Of a DNA stretch of 63,829 nucleotides, positions 38,259 through 47,729 are shown one piece after another (positions within the stretch are counted from its first letter, which is position 1; each line of letters begins with the position of its first letter). The notes beneath the pieces were generated by a model that was given only the letters and a program-made list of their open reading frames with translations, was not told the origin of the DNA and made no database searches. The DNA lies in assembly GCA_013202385.1 (NCBI GenBank), contig JABMOT010000130.1, positions 1 through 63,829 on the forward strand. Reading direction: 5' to 3'. The stretch comes from Fidelibacterota bacterium. Lineage in GTDB: Bacteria; Fidelibacterota; UBA8477; JABMPR01. A program made the translations under genes and the position numbers.

Positions 38259-39062
38259 TCAGTGCATGGAACGCATTTTACCGCCATCCACCACAAAACA
38301 TGATCCTGTAATCCAGGCAGCATGTTCTGAGGCTAGCAGTAAGATTAGGGGTATGATATCTTTTGGTTGTCCGATACGATTCAGCGGGATGGAATTTACT
38401 GCCAGCTGATTCTCAATAGTAGCAGCTTCATCCACAGTGATCTTTTTCTCGTGTGCAACTCGCTCAATATTTCGGGTCCAGGCCCCACTCTCAAACGTAC
38501 CTGGTACAATACAGTTTACTAATATATGATCTGGTGCAAACAGGCTGGAAAGGTGTTTACTAAGATTGATTAATGCAGCCTTACTGGCTGAGTAATGCGG
38601 GTTAAAGATACCAGGTTGTAACCCCGTTATGGATGCAATATTAACAACTCTAGGATTTTTTGATTTTTTTAAATAAGGGTGTGCCGCTTTCACAGTATGG
38701 ACAACACTGAGCACATTTTTCTTATATGTATCCATCCAATCCTTTTCATCTAAATCAAAAAATCCACCAAATTTATCAGTACTACCCACATTATTGATAA
38801 CGACATCCAGAGATCCCATGAGCGCTACTGCTTTCTCAATGGCCTGCACTACCTCCATTTTGTTGGTCACATCAGCAGGAACTGCAAAAATGTGAGAACT
38901 TATTTTTTTTAATTCGTTCAAAGCTTTGTCCAGCTTGATTTTTTGTCGGCCACATATTGTGACTGTTGATCCTGCTTCAATAAAAGCTTTGGCTAATTCT
39001 AACCCCAGACCCTCGCTGCCTCCGGTGATAAATACGTTCTTATGGGTAAATTGATACATCAT
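38259..39062 (-). CDS. Short-chain dehydrogenase/reductase (SDR)
   Basis: TGGSEGLG Rossmann motif and the YSASKAA catalytic YxxxK. The start overlaps the upstream stop (ATGA). Confidence 0.85.
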   Translation of the reverse strand: MMYQFTHKNVFITGGSEGLGLELAKAFIEAGSTVTICGRQKIKLDKALNELKKISSHIFAVPADVTNKMEVVQAIEKAVALMGSLDVVINNVGSTDKFGGFFDLDEKDWMDTYKKNVLSVVHTVKAAHPYLKKSKNPRVVNIASITGLQPGIFNPHYSASKAALINLSKHLSSLFAPDHILVNCIVPGTFESGAWTRNIERVAHEKKITVDEAATIENQLAVNSIPLNRIGQPKDIIPLILLLASEHAAWITGSCFVVDGGKMRSMH

Positions 39063-39859
39063 TTCAACCTTGTGCTATAGGTTAAGTCCCATTGGTCTCT
39101 GATGCTTAGACCTCCATCTACTGTGATGACCTGTCCGGTAACAAATGAGGCACTTTCCGAGCAGAGGAATTGGACAACATTGGCAATATCATCAGATTTT
39201 CCAACCTTCTGCAAAGGGTGACATGATTCAGCCATTTTTCTATATTCAAGATTGGCCTCACTGCTAAATCTTTCACGATGCTCATCCTGAACAATAAAAC
39301 CGGGTCTCACAGCGTTAACCCTGACTCCCTTTGGACCACCATGCACGGCCAGATAACGAGTGAGGTTGTCCAGTGCCGATTTCGCAAGATGATAAGCAGT
39401 TGATTCCTGGCCGACCATGGTAGAAGCAATGGATGAGATATTTACTATACACCCGGTTGACTTCGCCTTCCACATTTCCTCGATATATGATTGAGCCAGG
39501 AAAAGGGGGGCTTTTATGGATACATCCATGGTTAATTGCCAGTTGTCTTCTGTTTCAGCGAGGGGTGCCGTCCTACTTCCACCTCTGGCATTGTTAACAA
39601 GCGCATCAATCTTCCTGTATTTCTTAAACAGCCGGGAAAGCATTTTCTCAATATCTTGAACTATTTGGAGATCCAGGCAATAATACTCGACCTTCAATCC
39701 ACGCTCCTGACATTCAGTACTAACCGATTGAAGCCGTTTTTCATCATTATCAACCAGAATTACTTTATAACCTGACTCCGCGAATTTCAGAGCTATGTTT
39801 TTACCGATTCCGCGACCGGCACCTGTTACTATGACTCTCTTTTCAGTGTTATTTTTCAA
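39059..39859 (-). CDS. Short-chain dehydrogenase/reductase (SDR)
   Basis: TGAGRGIG and YHLAKSA (YxxxK). TTG start. Confidence 0.85.
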   Translation of the reverse strand: MKNNTEKRVIVTGAGRGIGKNIALKFAESGYKVILVDNDEKRLQSVSTECQERGLKVEYYCLDLQIVQDIEKMLSRLFKKYRKIDALVNNARGGSRTAPLAETEDNWQLTMDVSIKAPLFLAQSYIEEMWKAKSTGCIVNISSIASTMVGQESTAYHLAKSALDNLTRYLAVHGGPKGVRVNAVRPGFIVQDEHRERFSSEANLEYRKMAESCHPLQKVGKSDDIANVVQFLCSESASFVTGQVITVDGGLSIRDQWDLTYSTRLK

Positions 39860-39890
39860 TGTTCCTGCTAGTATCTATAATTTATTTTAG

Positions 39891-40769
39891 TTATGTATTA
39901 TTAATGAGCTGTGCAAATTCATGCTGCAAATTTTTGAATGTGTCCCATTCAACCATAAATTTTTGATTCCTGTTGGCAAATCCGAAACCTTTAGGATTCA
40001 CTAACTCCCGCTCCATCGCTTCCTGATGATGCCCGGGATGCTTCCATATTAAGTAGGGTTTGTCACTCAGAATGGCTCTATTGCAGGGGCCACTGGCCAT
40101 CCCCATAAATGCTGTTGACATATCCACCAGAGCCAGGTCCAATTCTAAATTCCCACCATGATTTTGCACAGAAATAACATTGTGCAATGAGCAAATCACA
40201 TCATCTACCTTGTCCAGGCCGATGATGACAAATTTCACATCAGGCGTTTCTTTTTCAGAATACAGAAAAAAGTCGAGCCAGGATTGTTGATTAGCATTAC
40301 TCTGCAGGTCCAGGGCATTATTTTTTAAATGAATGGTGATCATCTTCGCATCAGCAACATGTCTATCCATCCAGATCTGGGCTAGTTGTTTTACAGTCTC
40401 GGGAGTTTTCATCTGAACTATTTTGTGTGTTTTCTCCCAATATTTTTGAACGGTCTGGTAGCTTTCTGAATAACTGCAACTGGCGTAATCTGTATTTCCC
40501 GGCCACCTGTAGTCGGTAGCACTGACATTTACTTCTTCCTGCCTGTTAACGAAATTGAGATTCCCCAGATACGGGTTTAAGCGTGAGATAATGGTAATTA
40601 TTTCTCTTGAAGTACCTCCCCTGCTGTTGCAAACGTAGAGATCAACATTCTCAACATCTAACACTTCCCTAAGCTGGAGTAATTCTTGTTGAAATATCAG
40701 GAATTTGCCAACGCCATTCTGAATTGCGTTCAAATCCCAGACTCCGACAATATTTGTGTACTTAGTCAT
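39891..40769 (-). CDS. Hypothetical protein, paralogue of the N-terminal domain of the giant glycosyltransferase (GT-B/GT9-like fold suspected)
   Basis: Colinear similarity to residues ~1-340 of the 30962..37168 product, for example WMDRHVADAKMITIHLKNN vs WIDTHVGKKKIVTITLREC, and NLELDLALVDMSTAFMGMASGP vs NLEIRIALYERAYLNMFVANGP. Confidence 0.5.
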   Translation of the reverse strand: MTKYTNIVGVWDLNAIQNGVGKFLIFQQELLQLREVLDVENVDLYVCNSRGGTSREIITIISRLNPYLGNLNFVNRQEEVNVSATDYRWPGNTDYASCSYSESYQTVQKYWEKTHKIVQMKTPETVKQLAQIWMDRHVADAKMITIHLKNNALDLQSNANQQSWLDFFLYSEKETPDVKFVIIGLDKVDDVICSLHNVISVQNHGGNLELDLALVDMSTAFMGMASGPCNRAILSDKPYLIWKHPGHHQEAMERELVNPKGFGFANRNQKFMVEWDTFKNLQHEFAQLINNT

Positions 40770-40791
40770 TTATATTCATCATGTTCTTTAA

Positions 40792-41469
40792 CTATGGATT
40801 GATGAGTCCGACGCCAACGCCCATTAAATAATGCGACATTGGACCATACCCGGTGTGAATGACTTCATCGTTCATTGAAAACATAAATACATTCTTAAAG
40901 TACTTCGATAACAATTCCCGCATTCTACTGTGGGATAAGAGATTCACGTGCCCTTCTTTACTTCCGGCTGAGGCATATTGATTTGCCGTAATGTTTGGTG
41001 TACCCATGATAAATACACCATCCTCATGGAGACATTTGCAGATATTCTCAAAATACAAATGTTCTCTCTCAGTCGGTATATGTTCGATTACATCAAGGGA
41101 ATATGCGGCGGTAAAGACTGCATTCGGATGTTCTTTTGTGATATCCAGGCACTCCATTGAAAAGGCCAAATCGGCATAGCGCTCAAGATTATCCTCGATT
41201 AGGAGTGGCTCCCAATCCACGCCATGGATATGACCAACCGTCTGTGCAACGACGGGAACACCAAACCCATCGCCTACACCGATTTCAACAACGCTTTCAT
41301 GTCCTTCTAACATTTTAGCGACAAATTTGTATCTTGATAATAAGAAGCCTAAATGTCTAGGGTCATGATTCCATATATGCGTTGTATAGGGTCCCAACAC
41401 AGCCGGTTTTGATTTGTAATTATCAAACTGTACTTGATTTTGTTTTTCTTTTGCTTTGTTTTCGTTCAT
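40792..41469 (-). CDS. Class I SAM-dependent methyltransferase
   Basis: Motif I VVEIGVGDGFG, post-I and motif II (AYSLDVIEHI), and size are typical of the Methyltransf_11/23 type. Confidence 0.75.
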   Translation of the reverse strand: MNENKAKEKQNQVQFDNYKSKPAVLGPYTTHIWNHDPRHLGFLLSRYKFVAKMLEGHESVVEIGVGDGFGVPVVAQTVGHIHGVDWEPLLIEDNLERYADLAFSMECLDITKEHPNAVFTAAYSLDVIEHIPTEREHLYFENICKCLHEDGVFIMGTPNITANQYASAGSKEGHVNLLSHSRMRELLSKYFKNVFMFSMNDEVIHTGYGPMSHYLMGVGVGLINP

Positions 41470-41482
41470 GATACTTATCTTC

Positions 41483-42397
41483 TCATTTTTCTAATAATAT
41501 TTTAATTTTACGTTTTATGTTGGGTGAAGTAAAACCATAATATTCACACTGATCTTTATAATTTCCATAGTTGTGTGAGAATTCATTGGGAATATTAATG
41601 GCATCTGAATGGATATTATCCAATGCTTTGACTGCACGGATTACATCATCTCCGATACCGCCATATTCAGAGTGTTCTTCAATGACAATATAGTTTTTTG
41701 TTTTTGAAACACTTTCCACCAGGGTAGCGCTATCAAATGGTTTGATTGTGGGGTAATACAAAACTTCAGCGCTGATTTGATTTTGTTTTAATTCTTGAAT
41801 GCTTTCCATCACTGTACCAAGTTGGGGTCCAATGACGACAATGGTGATATCTGTCCCCTCTTGAACCACCACGGCCTCACCAAATTTGATTTTATGGTTT
41901 GGAATCTCATAGTTGTGCTTATGATCCGGCAATCTGAAATAGGTCAGGTAGTCATTCTTATAGGTCTGCTCAAATAAGATTTTGAATTCATTTGGCATGG
42001 CTGGATATACTATCTGGGTGCGAGGTAATGCTTTGATCAAAGCGATATCATCGTGACAATAATGACTGACACCCAAACCTGAATAGTCAAAAGCACTTCC
42101 AACACTAATAAGGTTGCCCCCTCTTTCCTGATAACAAAAGTCCAATTTTATTTGTTCAAAACTGCGTTCGATGAGAAAGGGTGCAATAGTGTGAGCAACC
42201 GGATGAAAACCTACATGGGACAATCCAGCAGACATACTGACAATGGTTGGCTCGCAAATTCCTACGTTGTAAAATCTTCCAGGACACGCCTGTGCAAAGG
42301 GTTGTAATGCAAAATGACTGATATCCCCTACCAGCACCACGAGCTTTGGATCGATCAAGCCAACTTCCAACATGGTTTCAGCGAACGTATTCCTCAT
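41483..42397 (-). CDS. Transketolase, C-terminal (pyrimidine-binding) subunit
   Basis: Split-transketolase B-subunit pattern (VGDISHF...GICEPTIVSMSAGLS..., C-terminal domain). ATGA overlap with the N-terminal subunit gene. Confidence 0.85.
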   Translation of the reverse strand: MRNTFAETMLEVGLIDPKLVVLVGDISHFALQPFAQACPGRFYNVGICEPTIVSMSAGLSHVGFHPVAHTIAPFLIERSFEQIKLDFCYQERGGNLISVGSAFDYSGLGVSHYCHDDIALIKALPRTQIVYPAMPNEFKILFEQTYKNDYLTYFRLPDHKHNYEIPNHKIKFGEAVVVQEGTDITIVVIGPQLGTVMESIQELKQNQISAEVLYYPTIKPFDSATLVESVSKTKNYIVIEEHSEYGGIGDDVIRAVKALDNIHSDAINIPNEFSHNYGNYKDQCEYYGFTSPNIKRKIKILLEK

Positions 42398-43170
42398 GAT
42401 GATAATTCTTCCATAATTTCAGCGTACTCCAGGGGATTAGGAATTTTATGATGCCACGGACCGTGGGTTTCCATAAAACGTACACCTTTGCCTTTAATCG
42501 TTCTGGCGATAATGACAGTTGGTTTTCCATTCGAAGTTCTGCTGAATTTATTAAAAGCAATATCCAACTCAGCTTCATTATGACCGTCACATTCCAGTAC
42601 ATTCCAACCAAACGATTCCCATTGTTTTATGATGTTGGGATGTGGCATGATTTGGGCTGCAGACCCGTTATAATCCACGATGAGGCAGAGGTTTTCCAGG
42701 TTCAAATTTTGCGCGACAAGGGCTGATTCCCAGACCGTCCCTTCATGGGACTCCCCATCACCTACGAGGACAAATACTTTGTTTTCTTTTTTATTGATTT
42801 TATGGCCCAGGGCAATCCCGACTGAATATGGAAAACCATGTCCCAATGATCCAGTCGATGCCTCCACTCCAGGAATTTTTACCCGATCAGGATGACCACC
42901 CAGCATTGCGTTGAATTTGCCATAATTATCCAGATCAGCTTGCGTGATGAAGCCATATTTTTCAAGCACAACATAAAGTGCGACTCCGGCATGACCTTTA
43001 CTTAAAATAAAATAATCCCGATCCGTCCATTCTGGATTGGCACTGTCGTATTTCAGATGATTAGCATACAGCGTGTCAATAATATCGATAACCGAAAAGC
43101 TACTGGGTATATGACCTTCTCCTCCATTGGTGATCGTATTTACAATTGTTTTACGCAGTTCAGTATTCAT
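42394..43170 (-). CDS. Transketolase, N-terminal (ThDP-binding) subunit
   Basis: GHIPSSFS, SKGHAGVALY, GSLGHGFPYSVG and VLVGDGESHEG ThDP-binding motifs. Confidence 0.85.
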   Translation of the reverse strand: MNTELRKTIVNTITNGGEGHIPSSFSVIDIIDTLYANHLKYDSANPEWTDRDYFILSKGHAGVALYVVLEKYGFITQADLDNYGKFNAMLGGHPDRVKIPGVEASTGSLGHGFPYSVGIALGHKINKKENKVFVLVGDGESHEGTVWESALVAQNLNLENLCLIVDYNGSAAQIMPHPNIIKQWESFGWNVLECDGHNEAELDIAFNKFSRTSNGKPTVIIARTIKGKGVRFMETHGPWHHKIPNPLEYAEIMEELSS

Positions 43171-43195
43171 GTTAATTAAACCTCATATCTTAAGC

Positions 43196-44680
43196 TTAGT
43201 GATGGATGCCGAGCTTAGTCCGGGTTTGTTTCCGATGATCATTCAATTGCTCCACACTCATAAACATCATTCGAGCAATTTTTTCTATATTTTCAGGTGT
43301 TTTAAAATTTATCCTATCCCATTCATAGGCTCTTAATACTTTCAGTTCCAATGGGGTAAATTCATCTGTAGTAATAAATCCTTCACTGGTACCAAAATAT
43401 TTTGGATTCCGAAAATCGAAATTTTCGGGTAATAAGTTTTGTTCTTTGGCAATTTTATACAAATCTGTTTTGGGATACGGAGTGGCTATATGGAATGAAA
43501 CCAAATCAAAGTTCATTGCTTCGGCAAACCGGAACGTTTCTCTGATCTCATCCCAGGTTTCTCCAGGCATACCAATCACAAAATTAGCCGCAATCTCGAT
43601 GCCTAACTCATTGCACTTTCTCACTATATTTGGGAATATGCCAAGTTTAACTGGTTTTCGAATAATTTTATGCAGCACCCTGTCATTACCAGATTCTACG
43701 GAAACTGTGATCATCTTGCATCCAGAGTCTTTCATTAATTCCAATAATTCATCATCAAGATGCCAGGCAGAAACATTGGGCATTTTCCAGGTAATATTAT
43801 ATTTACGGTCAATGAATGCTTGCATAATGGTCATGGCATGCTCTCTATCATCTAAAAAACATTCATCGAGAAAACTCAGATGACGCACACCATGATTTTG
43901 AATTAAACTATCAATCTCTTCCAGCACATCCTCAGTAGAACGATAATTTATTCCTCTACCTCTGATCGTCCGTGCTGCACAAAAAGAGCAATTGTATCTG
44001 CAGCCATACGAAGTCAGTAAGATTGCGGTTGGTCCCTGAAAGCTGTAGTTGTATTCTTTGGCAGACTGCGTTAAATAAAACTCAACATCAATCTTTGAAT
44101 AGTCCGGCTTAATGTTGGGATCAATATTAATCTCAGTACTTTTCGGTCGACGAATAATGTTCTCGCCATTAGCATCGCAATAACCGATACCTGAAATTTT
44201 TCTGGCTTCCTCAAATTGCCCTTCAAGAAGATGGTGAATGAATTCCAAAATGCCACCCTCTGCCGGACCAATGAAGATATAGTCGATATTTTTATCCTGA
44301 AGGGCTTCCTCACTCATGAGGCTCGGATAAATTCCACCAAATACCGTGATGCAATCCGGAGTTGCCTGCTTCACTATTTCAAATGCCTTGTGATATTGCT
44401 GGAAATATTCTACTGAAATGCCGGAGACCAGAAATATCCTGGGTGAGATGGTCTTGATCTGCTGTAAACATTCTGCTTCACTTAAATCCAACGCATTTGC
44501 ATCCAGAAGGAAGAAATCGTGATTTTCCTTCAAAATGGCTGTAAGAATTAAGGCTGAATGCGGTACCACCATCCAGGGGCGCTTGTTAAACCAACGCGTA
44601 TTCGGAATAAACAAGAGTACATCATTGGGTGTTGAGCTTTTCACCCTTGTGGGGCTATCAGATTTGTTGATGTGGTTCAT
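43196..44680 (-). CDS. B12-binding-domain radical SAM enzyme (class B)
   Basis: N-terminal cobalamin-binding-like Rossmann region, then the CRYNCSFC (CxxxCxxC) cluster and the radical SAM core. GGAGAG RBS. Confidence 0.85.
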   Translation of the reverse strand: MNHINKSDSPTRVKSSTPNDVLLFIPNTRWFNKRPWMVVPHSALILTAILKENHDFFLLDANALDLSEAECLQQIKTISPRIFLVSGISVEYFQQYHKAFEIVKQATPDCITVFGGIYPSLMSEEALQDKNIDYIFIGPAEGGILEFIHHLLEGQFEEARKISGIGYCDANGENIIRRPKSTEINIDPNIKPDYSKIDVEFYLTQSAKEYNYSFQGPTAILLTSYGCRYNCSFCAARTIRGRGINYRSTEDVLEEIDSLIQNHGVRHLSFLDECFLDDREHAMTIMQAFIDRKYNITWKMPNVSAWHLDDELLELMKDSGCKMITVSVESGNDRVLHKIIRKPVKLGIFPNIVRKCNELGIEIAANFVIGMPGETWDEIRETFRFAEAMNFDLVSFHIATPYPKTDLYKIAKEQNLLPENFDFRNPKYFGTSEGFITTDEFTPLELKVLRAYEWDRINFKTPENIEKIARMMFMSVEQLNDHRKQTRTKLGIHH

Positions 44681-44710
44681 TATATCTCTCCATTTCTCAG
44701 CATCATCAGA

Positions 44711-45472
44711 CTAGAAGAAACATCTTCCCTGTCCACCATCTACAGTAATAGCAGACCCGACGATAAAGGATGCATGTTGGGAGCATAAAAAAGTCACAAT
44801 GTTACCTATCTCCTCAGGTGACCCAAACCGTTGGATGGCCATCCTTTCAGACAGATATTTCTCTACGTGTTCAGGTCGCTCTTTTGAAGTCATATCCCAA
44901 TAGCCTCCCTCGGTGAAAACGGCTCCGGGTAATACGGCAGATATATTTATGCCGTCAGGAGATACATAGCGGCCTAAACTACGGGTATAGGCATTCAGCG
45001 CTGCTTTTATGGAACAATAAGGTGCGGTGCCTTGATTTTCCAGGGAGGCTATTGAAGAAATATGAACAATGCGTCCCCACTTGTTTAATCTCATCTGCGG
45101 AATCAGCATTTGATTCAGCTCAACCGCTATCTCAAGATTAAAACGATAAACCTGACGCCACTCTTCTATACCACACAGTGGATCTGTGAAACCTAAATTT
45201 CCACCAACATTATGTACAACAATATCGGGATGTCCGAATTTGTCAATCATTTCGGCAACCATTTTTTGGGGATTCCCCTCTGGAACCAGATCATAGGCAA
45301 GCCCAATATGATTTCCAGGATGGGTGTCCAAAAATGAGTTGATATCCCCTTGATTTCGGGCAACGATGGCGACCTGGACACCTTCTTTTGCCAGGCTGTC
45401 TGCGATAGCTCTTCCAAGACCACGACTTGCTCCCGTGACCAATGCTTTTTTATTTTTAATTCCTAAGTCCAT
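44711..45472 (-). CDS. Short-chain dehydrogenase/reductase (SDR)
   Basis: TGASRGLG and YCSIKAA (YxxxK). Confidence 0.85.
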   Translation of the reverse strand: MDLGIKNKKALVTGASRGLGRAIADSLAKEGVQVAIVARNQGDINSFLDTHPGNHIGLAYDLVPEGNPQKMVAEMIDKFGHPDIVVHNVGGNLGFTDPLCGIEEWRQVYRFNLEIAVELNQMLIPQMRLNKWGRIVHISSIASLENQGTAPYCSIKAALNAYTRSLGRYVSPDGINISAVLPGAVFTEGGYWDMTSKERPEHVEKYLSERMAIQRFGSPEEIGNIVTFLCSQHASFIVGSAITVDGGQGRCFF

Positions 45473-45479
45473 GTGCTTC

Positions 45480-46673
45480 CTAAATGATCATTAAAGGATT
45501 AAGAATCCTTTTGGGGTGGTGTTTATTTAATTTGTTTAGGATCGGTAATCTATTGTCCAAAGCAGTCAGTAAAATATTTGCAGCCGAGAAATCAAGAGTA
45601 CCGGGTTGTTGAATTTTTACCGGTAAATTGATATAACCAAGTCCTGCTTTTTGAGGATCGTTGTCCAGGATATTTTTAAAATTTGAGAAGTCGGTACCAA
45701 GATGATATCCCAGGATGGGTAGCATTAATGCGGCCCCATAACCGTACCATACTTCATTTTCTAAATTATTTAGTATTTCAGCAGTGATGGCCATTTGATT
45801 TTTAAACGACTGATATTTATCCTGAATAGCTGCCATGGACTTTTCTGGATTAAATACAATGGGATTATTCGCTGAAGTACTCTTAGCGCGTTTTTTAAAG
45901 GCAATAATCAACGCGCCCCAATAATTATAATTAATGGTATAATCGATGAGGACAGCATCCAGCAGACCAAGCATGTGCAGAAAGGATTGTACACTAAAAT
46001 ACTGGAGGTGCTGATGGAATACTTGATCAAAACGTAAATTCTCCAGTAGGGGGTCAAAACAGGGAAACTCAAATACAAATATTGTTTCATCACCTGTTTT
46101 CAGAAAAAGGGATTCTAGCAGCGCTTTTGGATCTTCAATATGTTCCAATGTGTGTTGTGATACCACCAATTCAGGATAATCATCAAGGAAATCACTAAAA
46201 TCTATGCTCTCTATTTTATCTCCAGAGAAATTGATTTCACCGTCCTTATATACTTGTGGATTGTCCTTCCAAATCAAATCAACCCCAAGGTACTGCTTTG
46301 ATTTATTTTCCTGCTTGAATAGTTTTAACAGATAACCATCATTGCACCCCAAATCGACAATACTTTTAAATACTCTACCCGGAAACAGAGTATCGATATA
46401 GCGCGAAAAATATTGCGAACCTCCACTAGCCGTTTCGCTGGCTGATGTTCGAAATCCGTATGTGTCCCCGTACATAAAATTGACATCGATGATATTTTTT
46501 ATCTGGGCATGACCACACGCCGTACAAAGCAGGAGTTCTTGATCATAATTCCTAAATTTACTGTCCTGCCCAGATTTACTATAAATGCCAGTTAAAGGAA
46601 ATTCAGGAAGCTTGATGACACTCTCCAAAGGACTACCACAAACAGAACATTTTGGATTCATATTCTTTTGCAT
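45480..46673 (-). CDS. Zinc-ribbon C-methyltransferase of the NDP-hexose C-methyltransferase (TylCIII-like) type
   Basis: N-terminal CSVCGS...CTACGH zinc ribbon, a class I SAM motif IVDLGCNDGYLL and a C-terminal extension. The family assignment is from memory of the Methyltransf_13/14 architecture. Confidence 0.7.
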   Translation of the reverse strand: MQKNMNPKCSVCGSPLESVIKLPEFPLTGIYSKSGQDSKFRNYDQELLLCTACGHAQIKNIIDVNFMYGDTYGFRTSASETASGGSQYFSRYIDTLFPGRVFKSIVDLGCNDGYLLKLFKQENKSKQYLGVDLIWKDNPQVYKDGEINFSGDKIESIDFSDFLDDYPELVVSQHTLEHIEDPKALLESLFLKTGDETIFVFEFPCFDPLLENLRFDQVFHQHLQYFSVQSFLHMLGLLDAVLIDYTINYNYWGALIIAFKKRAKSTSANNPIVFNPEKSMAAIQDKYQSFKNQMAITAEILNNLENEVWYGYGAALMLPILGYHLGTDFSNFKNILDNDPQKAGLGYINLPVKIQQPGTLDFSAANILLTALDNRLPILNKLNKHHPKRILNPLMII

Positions 46674-47729
46674 TTAAAATGGACCTTTAAACCAGTCCCC
46701 TGGCACATCATGGGGTGTATCACCGCGTTCAACCAATTCAGATCCAACAATGTTTTTATTAAACATCTCTGCAATAGTGTCAATAATATCCTCTGACCTC
46801 TTATAAAATCCGCGAGTTAAGCCCCTGCTGGTAGGCGTTGGGAAATCTGGAAGTGCAAGTCGTTTGGGAGCTTGCTTAAGCGCATTAAAACAATCCATGC
46901 TTACTCTGGCGACAATTTCACCGGCAACAGAATTCGTCGCCACGCCAGTGTCAATAGCAAGCAGTCGGCCTGTTTTCTTCACGGAAGCATAGATAAGGTC
47001 ATAATCCAGAGGCTTAATGCTAAGTAGGTCAATTAATTCGCAGGAGATTCCCTCTCTTTTTAAAATCTCCACAGCATGCAAGGCTTCAACAGACATGTAT
47101 GAGAATGAAACGACTGTAATATCATCACCTTGCGTCAAACAGGCTGCCTTCCCGATTGGAACCCGGTAGTCACCATCGGGAACTTCACCGTTTAAATTAT
47201 GCAACCAGCGGTGTTCGATAAATATGACGGGATTGTCATCAAAAATACTCTCAAGCAGCAAGCCCTTCGCATCAGCGGCCGTGGTTGGCATGACCACTTT
47301 TAGCCCGGGGATATGGGCGAATAGTGCCTGTAAGTTTTGTGAATGTGTTGGTCCTTGCCCCCATCCACGACCAACGATAAGTCTGATGGTAATGGGAACA
47401 GAGCTATTGCCGCCGAACATATAATGCCACTTTGCCGCACTATTTACCAGCTGGTCCATGGCCAACAGAAAGAAATCCAGCCTTTGATGGGTCATGATGG
47501 GACGAACGCCATTCAATGCTGCGCCAACTGCGATTCCAGTCATTGCATTTTCAGATGTGGGCATATCAAAAACCCGCGAACTGCCAAATTTTTCCTGCAA
47601 ACCACTTGAAGTACCGAAAACCCCTTTAGGATCCGGTATTCCCAACCCGTAACAGATTACTGACTGATCCATTTCCATTGACGTTGCAATGGCATCATTG
47701 ATGGCTTGTGAGTAAGTGATAATACTCAT
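46674..47729 (-). CDS. ThDP-dependent 2-oxoacid dehydrogenase E1 beta-subunit homologue
   Basis: Transketolase pyrimidine-binding plus C-terminal domains typical of PDH/AcoB E1 beta (FDMPTSENAMTGIAVGAA, HSQN...). The start overlaps the E1-alpha stop (ATGA). Confidence 0.85.
   Translation of the reverse strand: MSIITYSQAINDAIATSMEMDQSVICYGLGIPDPKGVFGTSSGLQEKFGSSRVFDMPTSENAMTGIAVGAALNGVRPIMTHQRLDFFLLAMDQLVNSAAKWHYMFGGNSSVPITIRLIVGRGWGQGPTHSQNLQALFAHIPGLKVVMPTTAADAKGLLLESIFDDNPVIFIEHRWLHNLNGEVPDGDYRVPIGKAACLTQGDDITVVSFSYMSVEALHAVEILKREGISCELIDLLSIKPLDYDLIYASVKKTGRLLAIDTGVATNSVAGEIVARVSMDCFNALKQAPKRLALPDFPTPTSRGLTRGFYKRSEDIIDTIAEMFNKNIVGSELVERGDTPHDVPGDWFKGPF

Noticed and set aside
43196-44680. 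The B12-radical SAM enzyme as the core of a RiPP (peptide natural product) cluster.
   Set aside because: The flanking gaps are only 25-30 nt, so there is no room for a precursor-peptide ORF. There is also no peptidase, transporter or RRE-type gene nearby. All neighbours are sugar-modifying enzymes.
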